From the NCBI RefSeq assembly GCF_988243305.1, contig NZ_OZ547136.1: DNA of 64,000 bases. One strand, 5' to 3'. Positions 39,128 to 50,643 of the stretch are shown here, one piece after another; position 1 is the stretch's first letter, and the number at the start of each line of letters is the position of its first letter. Below the pieces are notes generated by a model. That model saw only the letters and a program-made list of their open reading frames with translations. It did no database searches and was not told the DNA's origin. Both the position numbers and the translations under genes were made by a program.

Positions 39128-39462
39128 GGACGATATTTTTCTGGCAACTCCGGCACCGGACGCTTGTCATCGATGAGATGACGCACGGTTAAGATCGGAT
39201 GACGCCACAGCATTCGCGGCCCAGCCCAACGCATAATCTGTTTCATCTCTTCACGCTTTGCAGGCTGGTAACAGTGCACCGGACACTGCTTACAGGCTGG
39301 TTTCTCTTCGCCGAACACACATTTATCCAGCCGCTTTTGCGCGTAAGTAAACAACGCCTCATAATGCTCCGGCTCCGCTGACGCCTGCGGGCATTTCGCT
39401 TGATAAAGATCGATCATTTTTTTAATCGTCAGTTTTTCACGAGAGATACGCTTGCCGGACAT
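39118..39462 (-). CDS. ygbA: YgbA (nitrosative-stress-induced, Cys-rich small protein)
   Basis: 114 aa MSGKRISREKLTIKKMIDLYQAKCPQ... recognised as YgbA. Confidence 0.88.
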   Translation of the reverse strand: MSGKRISREKLTIKKMIDLYQAKCPQASAEPEHYEALFTYAQKRLDKCVFGEEKPACKQCPVHCYQPAKREEMKQIMRWAGPRMLWRHPILTVRHLIDDKRPVPELPEKYRPKK

Positions 39463-39748
39463 GCTGCCTCCATACTCTTAAGGTGTATTTATATTACAAC
39501 TTAATTTGAAAGGGGACTATGGCTCTGAAGGAGGAGGTTTATTCAACCGACGCAATTTTGCGTACCTGCTTCATAAGCATCACGCAAAAGCTGCAAAACA
39601 GCATCTTTCCCGGAATCACCATCAAGAACTCGCCGTTCGCTTCTTCCCCTGAAATGATTAACTCCGGTATCATGTGCGCCTTATGTGATTACAACGAAAA
39701 TAAAAACCATCACACCCCATTTAATATCAGGGAACCGGACATAACCCC

Positions 39749-42310
39749 ATGAGTGCAATAGAAAATTTCGATGCCCATACGCCCATGATGCAGCAGTATC
39801 TCAAGCTGAAAGCCCAGCATCCCGAGATCCTGCTGTTTTACCGGATGGGTGATTTTTATGAACTGTTTTATGACGACGCAAAACGCGCGTCGCAACTGCT
39901 GGATATTTCACTGACCAAACGCGGTGCTTCGGCGGGAGAGCCGATCCCGATGGCGGGGATCCCCTACCATGCGGTGGAAAACTACCTCGCCAAACTGGTG
40001 AATCAGGGCGAGTCCGTTGCCATCTGCGAACAAATTGGCGATCCGGCGACCAGCAAAGGTCCGGTTGAGCGCAAAGTTGTGCGTATCGTTACGCCGGGCA
40101 CCATCAGCGATGAAGCCCTGTTACAAGAGCGCCAGGACAATCTGCTGGCGGCTATCTGGCAGGACAGCAAAGGTTTCGGCTACGCGACGCTGGATATCAG
40201 TTCCGGTCGTTTTCGCCTGAGCGAACCGGCTGACCGGGAAACGATGGCGGCAGAACTGCAACGCACTAATCCGGCGGAACTGCTATATGCAGAAGATTTT
40301 GCTGAAATGTCGTTAATTGAAGGTCGTCGCGGTCTGCGCCGTCGTCCGCTGTGGGAGTTTGAAATCGACACCGCGCGCCAGCAGTTGAATCTGCAATTTG
40401 GCACCCGCGATCTGGTCGGTTTTGGCGTCGAGAACGCGCCGCGCGGACTTTGTGCTGCCGGTTGTCTGTTGCAGTATGCGAAAGATACTCAACGCACGAC
40501 CCTGCCGCATATTCGTTCTATCACCATGGAACGTGAGCAGGACAGCATCATTATGGATGCCGCGACACGTCGTAACCTGGAAATTACTCAGAACCTGGCG
40601 GGCGGTGCGGAAAACACGCTGGCTTCAGTGCTCGACTGCACTGTAACGCCAATGGGTAGTCGTATGCTGAAACGCTGGCTGCATATGCCAGTGCGCGATA
40701 CCCGCGTGTTGCTTGAGCGCCAGCAAACTATTGGCGCATTGCAGGATTTCACCGCCGAGCTACAGCCGGTGCTGCGTCAGGTCGGCGACCTGGAACGTAT
40801 TCTGGCACGTCTGGCTTTACGAACTGCTCGCCCACGCGATCTGGCCCGTATGCGTCACGCTTTCCAGCAACTGCCGGAGCTGCGTGCGCAGTTAGAAAAT
40901 GTCGATAGCGCTCCGGTACAGGCGCTGCGTGAGAAGATGGGTGAGTTTGCCGAACTGCGCGATCTGCTGGAGCGGGCCATTATCGACACACCGCCGGTAC
41001 TGGTGCGCGACGGTGGTGTTATCGCATCGGGCTATAACGAAGAGCTGGATGAGTGGCGCGCGCTGGCTGACGGCGCGACCGATTATCTGGAGCGTCTGGA
41101 AGTCCGCGAGCGTGAACGTACCGGCCTGGACACGCTGAAAGTTGGCTTTAATGCGGTGCACGGCTACTACATTCAGATCAGCCGTGGACAAAGCCATCTG
41201 GCCCCCATCAATTACATGCGTCGCCAGACGCTGAAAAACGCCGAGCGCTACATTATTCCAGAGCTAAAAGAGTACGAAGACAAAGTTCTCACCTCAAAAG
41301 GCAAAGCACTGGCACTGGAAAAACAACTTTATGAAGAGCTGTTCGACCTGCTGTTGCCGCATCTGGAAGCGTTGCAACAGAGCGCGAGCGCGCTGGCGGA
41401 ACTTGATGTGCTGGTTAACCTGGCGGAACGGGCCTATACCCTGAACTACACCTGCCCGACCTTCATTGATAAACCGGGTATTCGCATCACCGAAGGTCGC
41501 CATCCGGTGGTTGAACAGGTACTGAACGAGCCATTTATCGCCAACCCGCTGAACCTGTCGCCGCAGCGTCGCATGTTGATCATTACCGGTCCGAATATGG
41601 GCGGTAAAAGTACCTATATGCGCCAGACCGCACTGATTGCGCTGATGGCCTACATCGGCAGCTATGTACCGGCACAAAAAGTCGAGATTGGACCTATCGA
41701 CCGTATCTTCACCCGCGTAGGGGCAGCGGATGATCTGGCATCCGGGCGTTCAACCTTTATGGTGGAGATGACCGAAACCGCCAATATTCTGCATAACGCC
41801 ACCGAGTACAGTCTGGTACTGATGGATGAGATTGGGCGCGGGACGTCCACTTACGATGGTCTGTCGCTGGCGTGGGCGTGCGCGGAAAATCTGGCGAATA
41901 AGATTAAAGCGTTGACGTTGTTTGCCACCCACTATTTCGAGCTGACCCAGTTACCGGAGAAAATGGAAGGCGTCGCCAACGTGCATCTCGATGCACTGGA
42001 GCACGGCGACACCATTGCCTTTATGCACAGCGTGCAGGATGGCGCGGCGAGCAAAAGCTACGGCCTGGCGGTTGCAGCTCTGGCGGGCGTGCCAAAAGAG
42101 GTTATTAAGCGCGCACGGCAAAAACTGCGTGAGCTGGAAAGCATTTCGCCGAACGCCGCCGCGACACAGGTCGATGGCACGCAGATGTCGCTGCTTTCAG
42201 TGCCGGAAGAAACCTCGCCCGCGGTGGAAGCGCTGGAAAATCTCGACCCGGATTCACTCACTCCGCGCCAGGCGCTGGAGTGGATTTATCGGTTGAAGAG
42301 TCTGGTATAA
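39749..42310 (+). CDS. mutS: DNA mismatch repair protein MutS
   Basis: 853 aa full-length MutS with Walker [10 protein letters not shown]. Confidence 0.98.
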   Translation: MSAIENFDAHTPMMQQYLKLKAQHPEILLFYRMGDFYELFYDDAKRASQLLDISLTKRGASAGEPIPMAGIPYHAVENYLAKLVNQGESVAICEQIGDPATSKGPVERKVVRIVTPGTISDEALLQERQDNLLAAIWQDSKGFGYATLDISSGRFRLSEPADRETMAAELQRTNPAELLYAEDFAEMSLIEGRRGLRRRPLWEFEIDTARQQLNLQFGTRDLVGFGVENAPRGLCAAGCLLQYAKDTQRTTLPHIRSITMEREQDSIIMDAATRRNLEITQNLAGGAENTLASVLDCTVTPMGSRMLKRWLHMPVRDTRVLLERQQTIGALQDFTAELQPVLRQVGDLERILARLALRTARPRDLARMRHAFQQLPELRAQLENVDSAPVQALREKMGEFAELRDLLERAIIDTPPVLVRDGGVIASGYNEELDEWRALADGATDYLERLEVRERERTGLDTLKVGFNAVHGYYIQISRGQSHLAPINYMRRQTLKNAERYIIPELKEYEDKVLTSKGKALALEKQLYEELFDLLLPHLEALQQSASALAELDVLVNLAERAYTLNYTCPTFIDKPGIRITEGRHPVVEQVLNEPFIANPLNLSPQRRMLIITGPNMGGKSTYMRQTALIALMAYIGSYVPAQKVEIGPIDRIFTRVGAADDLASGRSTFMVEMTETANILHNATEYSLVLMDEIGRGTSTYDGLSLAWACAENLANKIKALTLFATHYFELTQLPEKMEGVANVHLDALEHGDTIAFMHSVQDGAASKSYGLAVAALAGVPKEVIKRARQKLRELESISPNAAATQVDGTQMSLLSVPEETSPAVEALENLDPDSLTPRQALEWIYRLKSLV

Positions 42311-42315
42311 TATTA

Positions 42316-42344
42316 ATGAGCCCCGATTAAACTTCGGGGCTCAT
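42316..42344 (+). terminator. mutS terminator hairpin (ATGAGCCCCG ... CGGGGCTCAT)
   Basis: Perfect 10-bp stem right after the mutS stop, followed by a T-rich sequence. Confidence 0.65.
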
Positions 42345-42414
42345 ATATCTCTTATCCGATAGATAAAAAAGGAGTAAAATAAACACTATTAAGAACAAAA
42401 CATTCAAGAAAAAA

Positions 42415-43278
42415 ATGAGAATAACGATTGCATCAATAATTTTAATAATTAGCGCCACTGCAATAGGCGCCGAAGATACCCCTTCACATTTTGATATTCC
42501 CGAGCAAGTATTAAATAATATTACGAAGGAATCACGAAATAAACTGCAGGATATCATTGCCAAGGCTCAACATGGCGATAAAGCCTCACAAACGGTGATG
42601 GGACTCATATACCTGAATGGTCTATCTGAAAGTCCTTCAGTGAAGGATATAAACAAAGCATTTTATTGGCTCAACCTTGCAGCAAAGCAAAATTATGATG
42701 AAGCTGAATTTTACTTAGGACAGATTTATCATTACGGATATGATAATACGGGGCCTAACTATCGTATTGCGATATACTGGTATGAGAAAGCGGCAGAAAA
42801 AGGGAATGAACAAGCTCAAATAAACTGTGCGAATATTTATCAATTTGGCCCACAGGAATTCCAAAACATTAACAAAGCCAAGTATTGGCTTCAGAAAGCA
42901 GTACAGAAGGACAATCCTATTGCACATGCAAACTTAGGGATTATCGGAATTCAAGAGAATAAGTATGCTGAAGCTATCCCTCACTTAAAAATAGCGGCAG
43001 AAAAGGGTCAGCGACTCGGCCAATATAATTACGGGACACTTTTTTTTAATGGTCAGGGCGTTCCCAAAGATATACGACAGGCTAAATACTGGTTTGAGAA
43101 AGCTGCTACTCAAAACTTACCTATTGCACAAATTACTTTAGGACAAATTTATGCCTGGGGGCTTGATGAAAATGGCATAAATAAAGAAGAAGCGTTGCTC
43201 TGGTTAAATAAAGCCAAAGCCCAAGGTCAATTTACTGATAAACAGATCAACGCCATTATTTCAAAAAAAATAGACTAA
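42415..43278 (+). CDS. Secreted Sel1-like repeat (SLR/TPR-like) protein
   Basis: 287 aa with signal-peptide-like N-terminus MRITIASIILIISATAIGA and at least five Sel1 motifs (e.g. KAFYWLNLAAKQNYDEAEFYLGQIYHYG, IAIYWYEKAAEKGNEQAQINCANIYQFG, QAKYWFEKAATQNLPIAQITLGQIYAWG). Markedly AT-rich compared with the flanks. Confidence 0.8.
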   Translation: MRITIASIILIISATAIGAEDTPSHFDIPEQVLNNITKESRNKLQDIIAKAQHGDKASQTVMGLIYLNGLSESPSVKDINKAFYWLNLAAKQNYDEAEFYLGQIYHYGYDNTGPNYRIAIYWYEKAAEKGNEQAQINCANIYQFGPQEFQNINKAKYWLQKAVQKDNPIAHANLGIIGIQENKYAEAIPHLKIAAEKGQRLGQYNYGTLFFNGQGVPKDIRQAKYWFEKAATQNLPIAQITLGQIYAWGLDENGINKEEALLWLNKAKAQGQFTDKQINAIISKKID

Positions 43279-43290
43279 CTCCAAACCAAA

Positions 43291-43959
43291 ATGCTCAAAT
43301 CAATGCCATCTATTCGCTATCACAAAATAGAATCATTTAATTATCGCCATATATGGGCCGTTGGTGATATTCATGGCGATTATCAATTATTACAATCCCG
43401 CTTACACCAACTCTCTTTTTGCCCCTAAACTGACTTACTTATTTCCGTAGGCGATAATATTGATCGTGGGCCGGATAGTCTTAACGTGCTACGCCTGTTA
43501 AACCAGCCCTGGTTTACATCGGTTAAAGGCAACCACGAGGCAATGGCGCTTGATGCCTTCGCGACTGGCGATGGCAATATGTGGCTTGCCAGTGGCGGTG
43601 ACTGGTTCTTTGAGTTAAATGATTCAGAACAAAAAGAAGCAATAGACCTGTTGCTTCGCTTTCATCATCTTCCGCATATTATAGAAATCACTAACGATAT
43701 TATAAAATATGTTATCGCACATGCAGATTATCCGGGTGATGAATATCAGTTTGGCAAGGAAGTAGCGGAAAGAGAGGTACTCTGGCCTGTTGATCGCGTG
43801 CAGAAATCACTCAAAGGCGAGTTAAAAGAAATAAACGGTGCCGACTGTTTTATCTTCGGGCATATGATGTTTACAAATATCCAGACATTTGCCAATCAGG
43901 TTTATATTGATACCGGCTCGCCGGAAAGCGGGCGGTTATCGTTTTATAAAATAAAATGA
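43291..43959 (+). pseudogene. pphB: Ser/Thr protein phosphatase 2 (PP-lambda family), interrupted by in-frame TAA at about 43426-43428
   Basis: Frame reads MLKSMPSIRYHKIESFNYRHIWAVGDIHGDYQLLQSRLHQLSFCP-stop-TDLLISVGDNIDRGPDSLNVLRLLNQPWFTSVKGNHEAMA...; the stop lies between the GDxHG and GDxxDRG metallophosphatase motifs. Confidence 0.8.
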
Positions 43960-43963
43960 CAAG

Positions 43964-44002
43964 ACCGGGTAAGGCAAAGCCTCTACCCGGCACTTTTTTA
44001 TT
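43964..44002 (+). terminator. Hairpin (CCGGGTA ... TACCCGG) with T-tract, between convergent pphB and the decarboxylase operon
   Basis: Inverted repeat followed by CTTTTTTATT. Confidence 0.55.
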
Positions 44003-44237
44003 AACGCTTATCTGCCACCAGCAGTGGCGGAATGCTCGGCACCATTGGCGCGTCATCAATATCTTTCTGCGTCATGCGGAACGCTTCGGGATAATGTTCG
44101 CGGCTGGTGCGGCGCAGCGGTTCGGTATCGCGCCAGGTATAGAGGCAATGCTGGCACTGGTAGACCGTCCAGACATCTTTTACCGGCGATTTCGCCATCA
44201 CTTCAATCTGTTCATCAGCACAACGTGGACAAATCAT
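44001..44237 (-). CDS. Small subunit of UbiD-type non-oxidative hydroxyarylic acid decarboxylase (BsdD/VdcD-like)
   Basis: 78 aa MICPRCADEQIEVMAKSPVKDVWTVYQCQHCLYTWRDTEP with CxxC ... CxxC zinc-ribbon signature; resembles B. subtilis BsdD as I recall it. Confidence 0.8.
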   Translation of the reverse strand: MICPRCADEQIEVMAKSPVKDVWTVYQCQHCLYTWRDTEPLRRTSREHYPEAFRMTQKDIDDAPMVPSIPPLLVADKR

Positions 44238-44247
44238 CTTGTTCTCC

Positions 44248-45675
44248 TTATTGACGTGCGGCCAGCATAGCGGTCAGTTTTTCAGCCCAGGCTTTGGTTT
44301 CCGGTAAATCCACCACCGGCTGGCTGTAGTGACCACGGTTGTCCGGGGCGACAGGCGTGGTGGCGTCGATAATCAGCTTGTCGGTGATACCGGCCGGGCT
44401 TGAGCCGGGGTCGAGTTCCAGCACGGACATATTCGGCAACTGCACCAAATCCCCTGCCGGGTTCACTTTCGAAGAGAGCGCCCACATCACCTGCGGCAGG
44501 TTGAACGGATCAACGTCTTCATCGACCATAATCACCATCTTCACGTAGCCCAGACCGTGTGGCGTGGTCATCGCACGCAGGCCCACCGCGCGGGCAAAGC
44601 CACCGTAGCGTTTTTTGGTGGAGATAATCGCCAGCAGGCCGTGGGTGTACATGGCGTTCACCGCCTGCACTTCCGGGAACTCGGCTTTCAGTTGCTGATA
44701 CAGCGGCACGCAGGTGGCTGGCCCCATCAGGTAGTCGATTTCTGTCCACGGCATGCCGAGGTACAGCGATTCGAAAATCGGCCTGGTGCGGTAAGAGACT
44801 TTATCGATACGCACCACGGTCATGTTACGCCCGCCGGAGTAGTGCCCGGTAAACTCACCGAACGGCCCTTCGATTTCGCGTTTACGACTTTCGATGACCC
44901 CTTCGAGGATCACTTCTGAACCCCACGGCACATCAAAACCAGTCAGCGGGGCGGTGGCGATCGGGTACGGGCTTTCACGCAGCGCGCCTGCCATTTCGTA
45001 CTCGGACTGATCATATTTCAGCGGCGTGGCCCCCATCAGCGTGATGATCGGATCGTTACCCAAGGTGATGGCAATCGGCAGATCTTCACCGCGTTCTTCC
45101 GCTTTATGCAGATGCAGGGCGATATCGTGCATCGGCACCGGTTGCAGGCCGAGCTTACGTTTGCCCTTCACTTCCATACGATAGATACCGACGTTCTGCT
45201 TGCCGAAGTTATCCGGGTCGAGCGGATCGCGGGAAACCACGCACGCTTTGTCGAGATAGAAACCGCCATCGCCATCGTTTAAACGAAACAGCGGCAGGAT
45301 ATCGAACAGGTTGATCTCGTCGCCATCGACGGTGTTCTGCGCCCAGGCTGGATTGGCGCGGCGCTCCGGGGCAATCGGGAAGTTATCCCAGCGGCGGATA
45401 AACTCATCAATCTGCTTTTTGACCGGGGTGTTTGGCGGCAGGCCGAGGGAAATCGCGTGGTTCTGCCAGGAACCGATGGTATTCATCGCCACACGGGCAT
45501 CGGTAAAGCCGCGAATATTGTCAAACCACAGCGCGGGCGCGCCGTCGCCGATACGCCCGGTGGCGTTAGCTGCTGCTGCCAGATCCGGTTCCGCGTTCAC
45601 CTCTTCGCTGATTTTCAGTAACTGTCCGTGGTCATCAAGCGCCTGTAAAAAGCTGCGTAAATCATCAAATGCCAT
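44248..45675 (-). CDS. UbiD-family (prFMN-dependent) aromatic acid decarboxylase, BsdC/VdcC-like
   Basis: 475 aa with the full-length UbiD fold; sits in operon between the UbiX-like and small-subunit genes. Confidence 0.85.
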   Translation of the reverse strand: MAFDDLRSFLQALDDHGQLLKISEEVNAEPDLAAAANATGRIGDGAPALWFDNIRGFTDARVAMNTIGSWQNHAISLGLPPNTPVKKQIDEFIRRWDNFPIAPERRANPAWAQNTVDGDEINLFDILPLFRLNDGDGGFYLDKACVVSRDPLDPDNFGKQNVGIYRMEVKGKRKLGLQPVPMHDIALHLHKAEERGEDLPIAITLGNDPIITLMGATPLKYDQSEYEMAGALRESPYPIATAPLTGFDVPWGSEVILEGVIESRKREIEGPFGEFTGHYSGGRNMTVVRIDKVSYRTRPIFESLYLGMPWTEIDYLMGPATCVPLYQQLKAEFPEVQAVNAMYTHGLLAIISTKKRYGGFARAVGLRAMTTPHGLGYVKMVIMVDEDVDPFNLPQVMWALSSKVNPAGDLVQLPNMSVLELDPGSSPAGITDKLIIDATTPVAPDNRGHYSQPVVDLPETKAWAEKLTAMLAARQ

Positions 45676-46267
45676 TATTCATTCTCCTGAGAAAAATTCC
45701 GGACCTGCGGCAATCCTTGCCAGCGCCTGGCGTGGGATGTTCGAGGCCAAATTGATCCAGCACGCGGGCTACCACGTGGTGGACAATGTCATCTACCGTT
45801 TCGGGATGGTTATAAAAGGCAGGCATCGGCGGCACCATCGCCACGCCCATGCGTGAAAGTGCGAGCATATTTTCGAGATGGATGGTGCTAAGCGGCATTT
45901 CACGCGGCACCAGCACTAGTTTGCGGCCTTCTTTGAGCACGACGTCCGCCGCGCGCCCTACCAGGCCATCGGCGTAACCGACACGGATACCGGCGAGCGT
46001 TTTCATACTGCACGGAATAACGATCATGCCGTCGGTACGAAAGGAACCTGAGGAGATGGTCGCCGCCTGATCCGCCGGGTTATGACTGAAGTCTGCGAGG
46101 GCAGCAACATCGCGAGCGCTGTAAGGCGTTTCCAGTTCAATGGTGGTTTTCGCCCACTTCGACATCACCAGATGAGTCTCGACATTCGGCATCTCCCGCA
46201 GCGCTTGCAGTAATGCCACCCCAAGAGGCGCACCGGTAGCCCCTGTCATCCCGACGATCAGTCTCAT
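45665..46267 (-). CDS. UbiX/Pad1-family flavin prenyltransferase (BsdB/VdcB-like)
   Basis: 200 aa MRLIVGMTGATGAPLGVALLQAL ... typical UbiX N-terminus; overlaps the start of the UbiD-like gene. Confidence 0.85.
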   Translation of the reverse strand: MRLIVGMTGATGAPLGVALLQALREMPNVETHLVMSKWAKTTIELETPYSARDVAALADFSHNPADQAATISSGSFRTDGMIVIPCSMKTLAGIRVGYADGLVGRAADVVLKEGRKLVLVPREMPLSTIHLENMLALSRMGVAMVPPMPAFYNHPETVDDIVHHVVARVLDQFGLEHPTPGAGKDCRRSGIFLRRMNNGI

Positions 46268-46283
46268 TGTTTATTCTCTTAAT

Positions 46284-46390
46284 TGTTCGTATACGAACGT
46301 TATTATTAAAATACGCCTCTGTTTTCATCGCGGCAAGCACTGAAAAGTAACAACATCTTCTTCGTCACTGAAAAACCGCTATGATAGCGG
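46284..46390 (+). promoter_or_regulatory. Divergent promoter region with two palindromes (GTTCGTATACGAAC and CCGCTATGATAGCGG), candidate MarR operators
   Basis: Perfect 14-bp palindrome and a 15-bp palindrome between the decarboxylase operon and the MarR gene. Confidence 0.5.
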
Positions 46391-46821
46391 CAGATAGTTT
46401 GCCCGGAGTTTACATGGCGTTACGAAATAAAGCGTTCCATCAGTTACGACAGCTTTTTCAGCAGCACACGGCTCGCTGGCAGCACGAGTTACCTGACCTC
46501 ACCAAACCACAGTACGCGGTGATGCGCGCCATTGCTGATAAGCCTGGTATCGAACAGGTGGCACTGATAGAAGCAGCAGTCAGCACCAAAGCAACGCTGG
46601 CAGAAATGTTGGCAAGAATGGAAAATCGTGGCTTAGTCAGACGTGAACATGACGCCGCTGACAAGCGGCGTCGCTTTGTCTGGCTGACTGCCGAAGGAGA
46701 AAAGGTACTTGCTGCGGCGATCCCCATTGGTGACAGTGTGGATGAGGAATTTTTGGGGCGTTTGAGTGCAGAAGAGAAGGAGCTGTTTATGCAGTTGGTG
46801 CGCAAGATGATGAGCAAATAG
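46381..46821 (+). CDS. MarR/SlyA-family transcriptional regulator
   Basis: 146 aa with winged-HTH core (QYAVMRAIADKPGIEQVALIEAAVSTKATLAEMLARMENRGLVRREHDAADKRRRFVWLT); divergent from the decarboxylase operon. True start may be Met12. Confidence 0.8.
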   Translation: MIAADSLPGVYMALRNKAFHQLRQLFQQHTARWQHELPDLTKPQYAVMRAIADKPGIEQVALIEAAVSTKATLAEMLARMENRGLVRREHDAADKRRRFVWLTAEGEKVLAAAIPIGDSVDEEFLGRLSAEEKELFMQLVRKMMSK

Positions 46822-46941
46822 GATGCTGATTGCCGGGTAGGACGCTGACGAGTCTTATCCAGGCGACAAAACACACCGACTTCCCAAACAAAAGAAAAAG
46901 GCCAGCCTCGCTTGAGACTGGCCTTTCTGACAGATGCTTAC

Positions 46942-47920
46942 TTACTCGCGGAACAGCGCTTCGATATTCAGCCCCTGCGTTTGCAGGATTTCGCGCAAAC
47001 GGCGCAGGCCTTCAACCTGAATCTGGCGAACACGTTCACGGGTGAGGCCAATTTCACGACCTACATCTTCCAGTGTTGCCGCTTCGTACCCCAGCAAACC
47101 GAATCGACGTGCCAGTACTTCACGCTGTTTGGCGTTCAGCTCGAACAGCCATTTGACGATGCTCTGCTTCATATCGTCATCTTGCGTGGTATCTTCCGGA
47201 CCGTTCTCTTTTTCATCGGCCAGGATGTCCAGCAACGCTTTTTCGGAATCACCACCCAGCGGGGTGTCTACCGAGGTAATGCGCTCGTTAAGACGAAGCA
47301 TACGGCTGACGTCATCAACTGGCTTATCCAGTTGCTCTGCGATCTCTTCCGCACTTGGTTCGTGGTCCAGTTTATGGGACAACTCGCGTGCGGTTCGCAG
47401 GTAAACGTTCAGCTCCTTTACGATGTGAATCGGCAAACGAATAGTACGGGTTTGGTTCATAATCGCCCGTTCGATCGTCTGGCGAATCCACCAGGAAGCG
47501 GAAACCACGTTCCGGGTCAAACTTCTCTACCGCGCGGATCAGCCCCAGGTTGCCCTCTTCGATCAGGTCCAGCAACGCCAGACCACGATTGCCATAACGG
47601 CGGGCAATTTTTACCACCAGACGCAAGTTACTCTCGATCATCCGGCGGCGGGAGGCAACATCTCCACGCAGTGCGCGACGCGCAAAATAAACTTCTTCTT
47701 CGGCCGTTAACAGTGGTGAATAACCAATCTCACCAAGGTAAAGCTGAGTCGCGTCCAACACACGCTGTGTGGCTCCCTGCGATAACAGTTCCTCTTCGGC
47801 CAAATCGTTATCACTGGGTTCCTCTTCTACTAAGGCCTTTTCGTCAAAAACCTCAACTCCGTTCTCATCAAATTCCGCATCTTCATTTAAATCATGAACT
47901 TTCAGCGTATTCTGACTCAT
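46942..47920 (-). pseudogene. rpoS: RNA polymerase sigma factor RpoS (sigma-38) disrupted by an internal deletion/frameshift of about 14 bp
   Basis: Two overlapping minus-strand ORFs in different frames: 47372..47956 encodes RpoS from [11 protein letters not shown] to [11 protein letters not shown] then runs out of frame; 46942..47520 encodes [14 protein letters not shown] ... LFRE. The junction reads CGCTTC|CTGGTGGATT and residues STYAT are missing. Span is 979 bp against the 993 bp expected. Confidence 0.85.
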
Positions 47921-47982
47921 AAGGTGGCTCCTACCCGTGATCCCTTGACGGAACATTCAAGCAAAAGCCTGGTTCCGCCGAT

Positions 47983-49122
47983 TTATCGCTGCGGCAAATA
48001 ACGCAGCGGGTTTACGGATTTCCCCTTGTAACGAATTTCAAAATGCAAGCGTGTTGAACTGGTTCCGGTGCTACCCATGGTTGCTATTTTTTGCCCCGCC
48101 TTCACTTCTTGTTGTTCCCGGACCAGCATTGTGTCGTTATGGGCGTAGGCACTCAGGTAATCATCATTATGTTTGATGATAATCAGATTACCGTAGCCGC
48201 GCAGCGCGTTACCGGCATAAACAACGCGGCCATCTGCGGTCGCGATAATTGCCTGTCCTTTGCTGCCTGCGATATCAATCCCCTTGTTGCCCCCCTCAGA
48301 AGCGCCAAAGGTTTCGATCACTTTGCCCTCAGTCGGCCAGCGCCAGGTGGAGATAGGCGTACTGGTTGATGTACTGCTGACAGTCGGCTCGGTTGTGCTT
48401 GCTGTTGGTACCGTTACAGGCGCTGTGACCGTGGTCGCAGTTGGCTTGTTGTTCGGCAACATTTTGTTAGCACTCTGTTCACCCGAAGACTCAGAATACG
48501 TAATTGTCGGTTGCGACGCAACAGCAACGGTGGAATTTTGTGCAGGCTTGATCACAACTCCTTGCTCTGCTGCGTCGGCCTGGGTAATGGCATTTCCGCC
48601 AGTGATTGGCGTACCGGAAGCATTACCCACCTGCAAGGTCTGACCAACGTTCAGCGCGTATGGTGCCTGAATATTGTTGCGCTGAGCAAGGTCACGGAAA
48701 TCGTTGCCAGTAATCCAGGCGATATAGAAAAGTGTGTCGCCTTTTTTCACGGTATAGGTACTGCCGCTATAGCTGCCTTTCGGAATGTTCCCATACTGAC
48801 GGTTATAGACGATGCGTCCGTTTTCCATCTGTACCGGCTGCTGAGCTACTGGCTGCACCGGCTGGATTTGCGGTTGTTGAGTGGCCTGAATTTGTGGCTG
48901 CTGTACCGGCTGAATTTGCGGTTGCTGCGCTGTAGACGTCGTTCCCATTTTCGGCGGTGGCGTAATCAACATACCAGAATTGGTATTTGCAGGCGCATTG
49001 CCATTAACGGAGCTGACCGGTGCCGGTGGATTTGAAGTGTCAGAACAGCCTGCCAGCCATAGCGAAACCAGTGACAAAGCCGCAATGCGGCGAACGGTGA
49101 ATTTTGGGCTTCCCGCGCTCAT
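47983..49122 (-). CDS. nlpD: Murein hydrolase activator lipoprotein NlpD (LysM + M23 domains)
   Basis: 379 aa with lipobox LAGCS, QPQIQ repeats and C-terminal M23 peptidase-like domain; rpoS promoters are known to lie within it. Confidence 0.95.
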   Translation of the reverse strand: MSAGSPKFTVRRIAALSLVSLWLAGCSDTSNPPAPVSSVNGNAPANTNSGMLITPPPKMGTTSTAQQPQIQPVQQPQIQATQQPQIQPVQPVAQQPVQMENGRIVYNRQYGNIPKGSYSGSTYTVKKGDTLFYIAWITGNDFRDLAQRNNIQAPYALNVGQTLQVGNASGTPITGGNAITQADAAEQGVVIKPAQNSTVAVASQPTITYSESSGEQSANKMLPNNKPTATTVTAPVTVPTASTTEPTVSSTSTSTPISTWRWPTEGKVIETFGASEGGNKGIDIAGSKGQAIIATADGRVVYAGNALRGYGNLIIIKHNDDYLSAYAHNDTMLVREQQEVKAGQKIATMGSTGTSSTRLHFEIRYKGKSVNPLRYLPQR

Positions 49123-49261
49123 TTATCCCCCAGGAAAAATTGGTTAATAACCAGTGACATAATTACCGTGCAAGGCACCATACTGAACACTGGAAAAGAT
49201 GTTCACGATACGCTGACCTGCGGCAAAATAACCAGGAAAAATCCAGGTATTTCCTCACGTT

Positions 49262-50623
<1,362 letters not shown>

Positions 50624-50643
<20 letters not shown>

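Noticed and set aside
42327-42563. 78-aa minus-strand ORF overlapping the start of the Sel1 gene
   Set aside because: Antisense to the better-supported Sel1 ORF in an AT-rich region where spurious ORFs are common.
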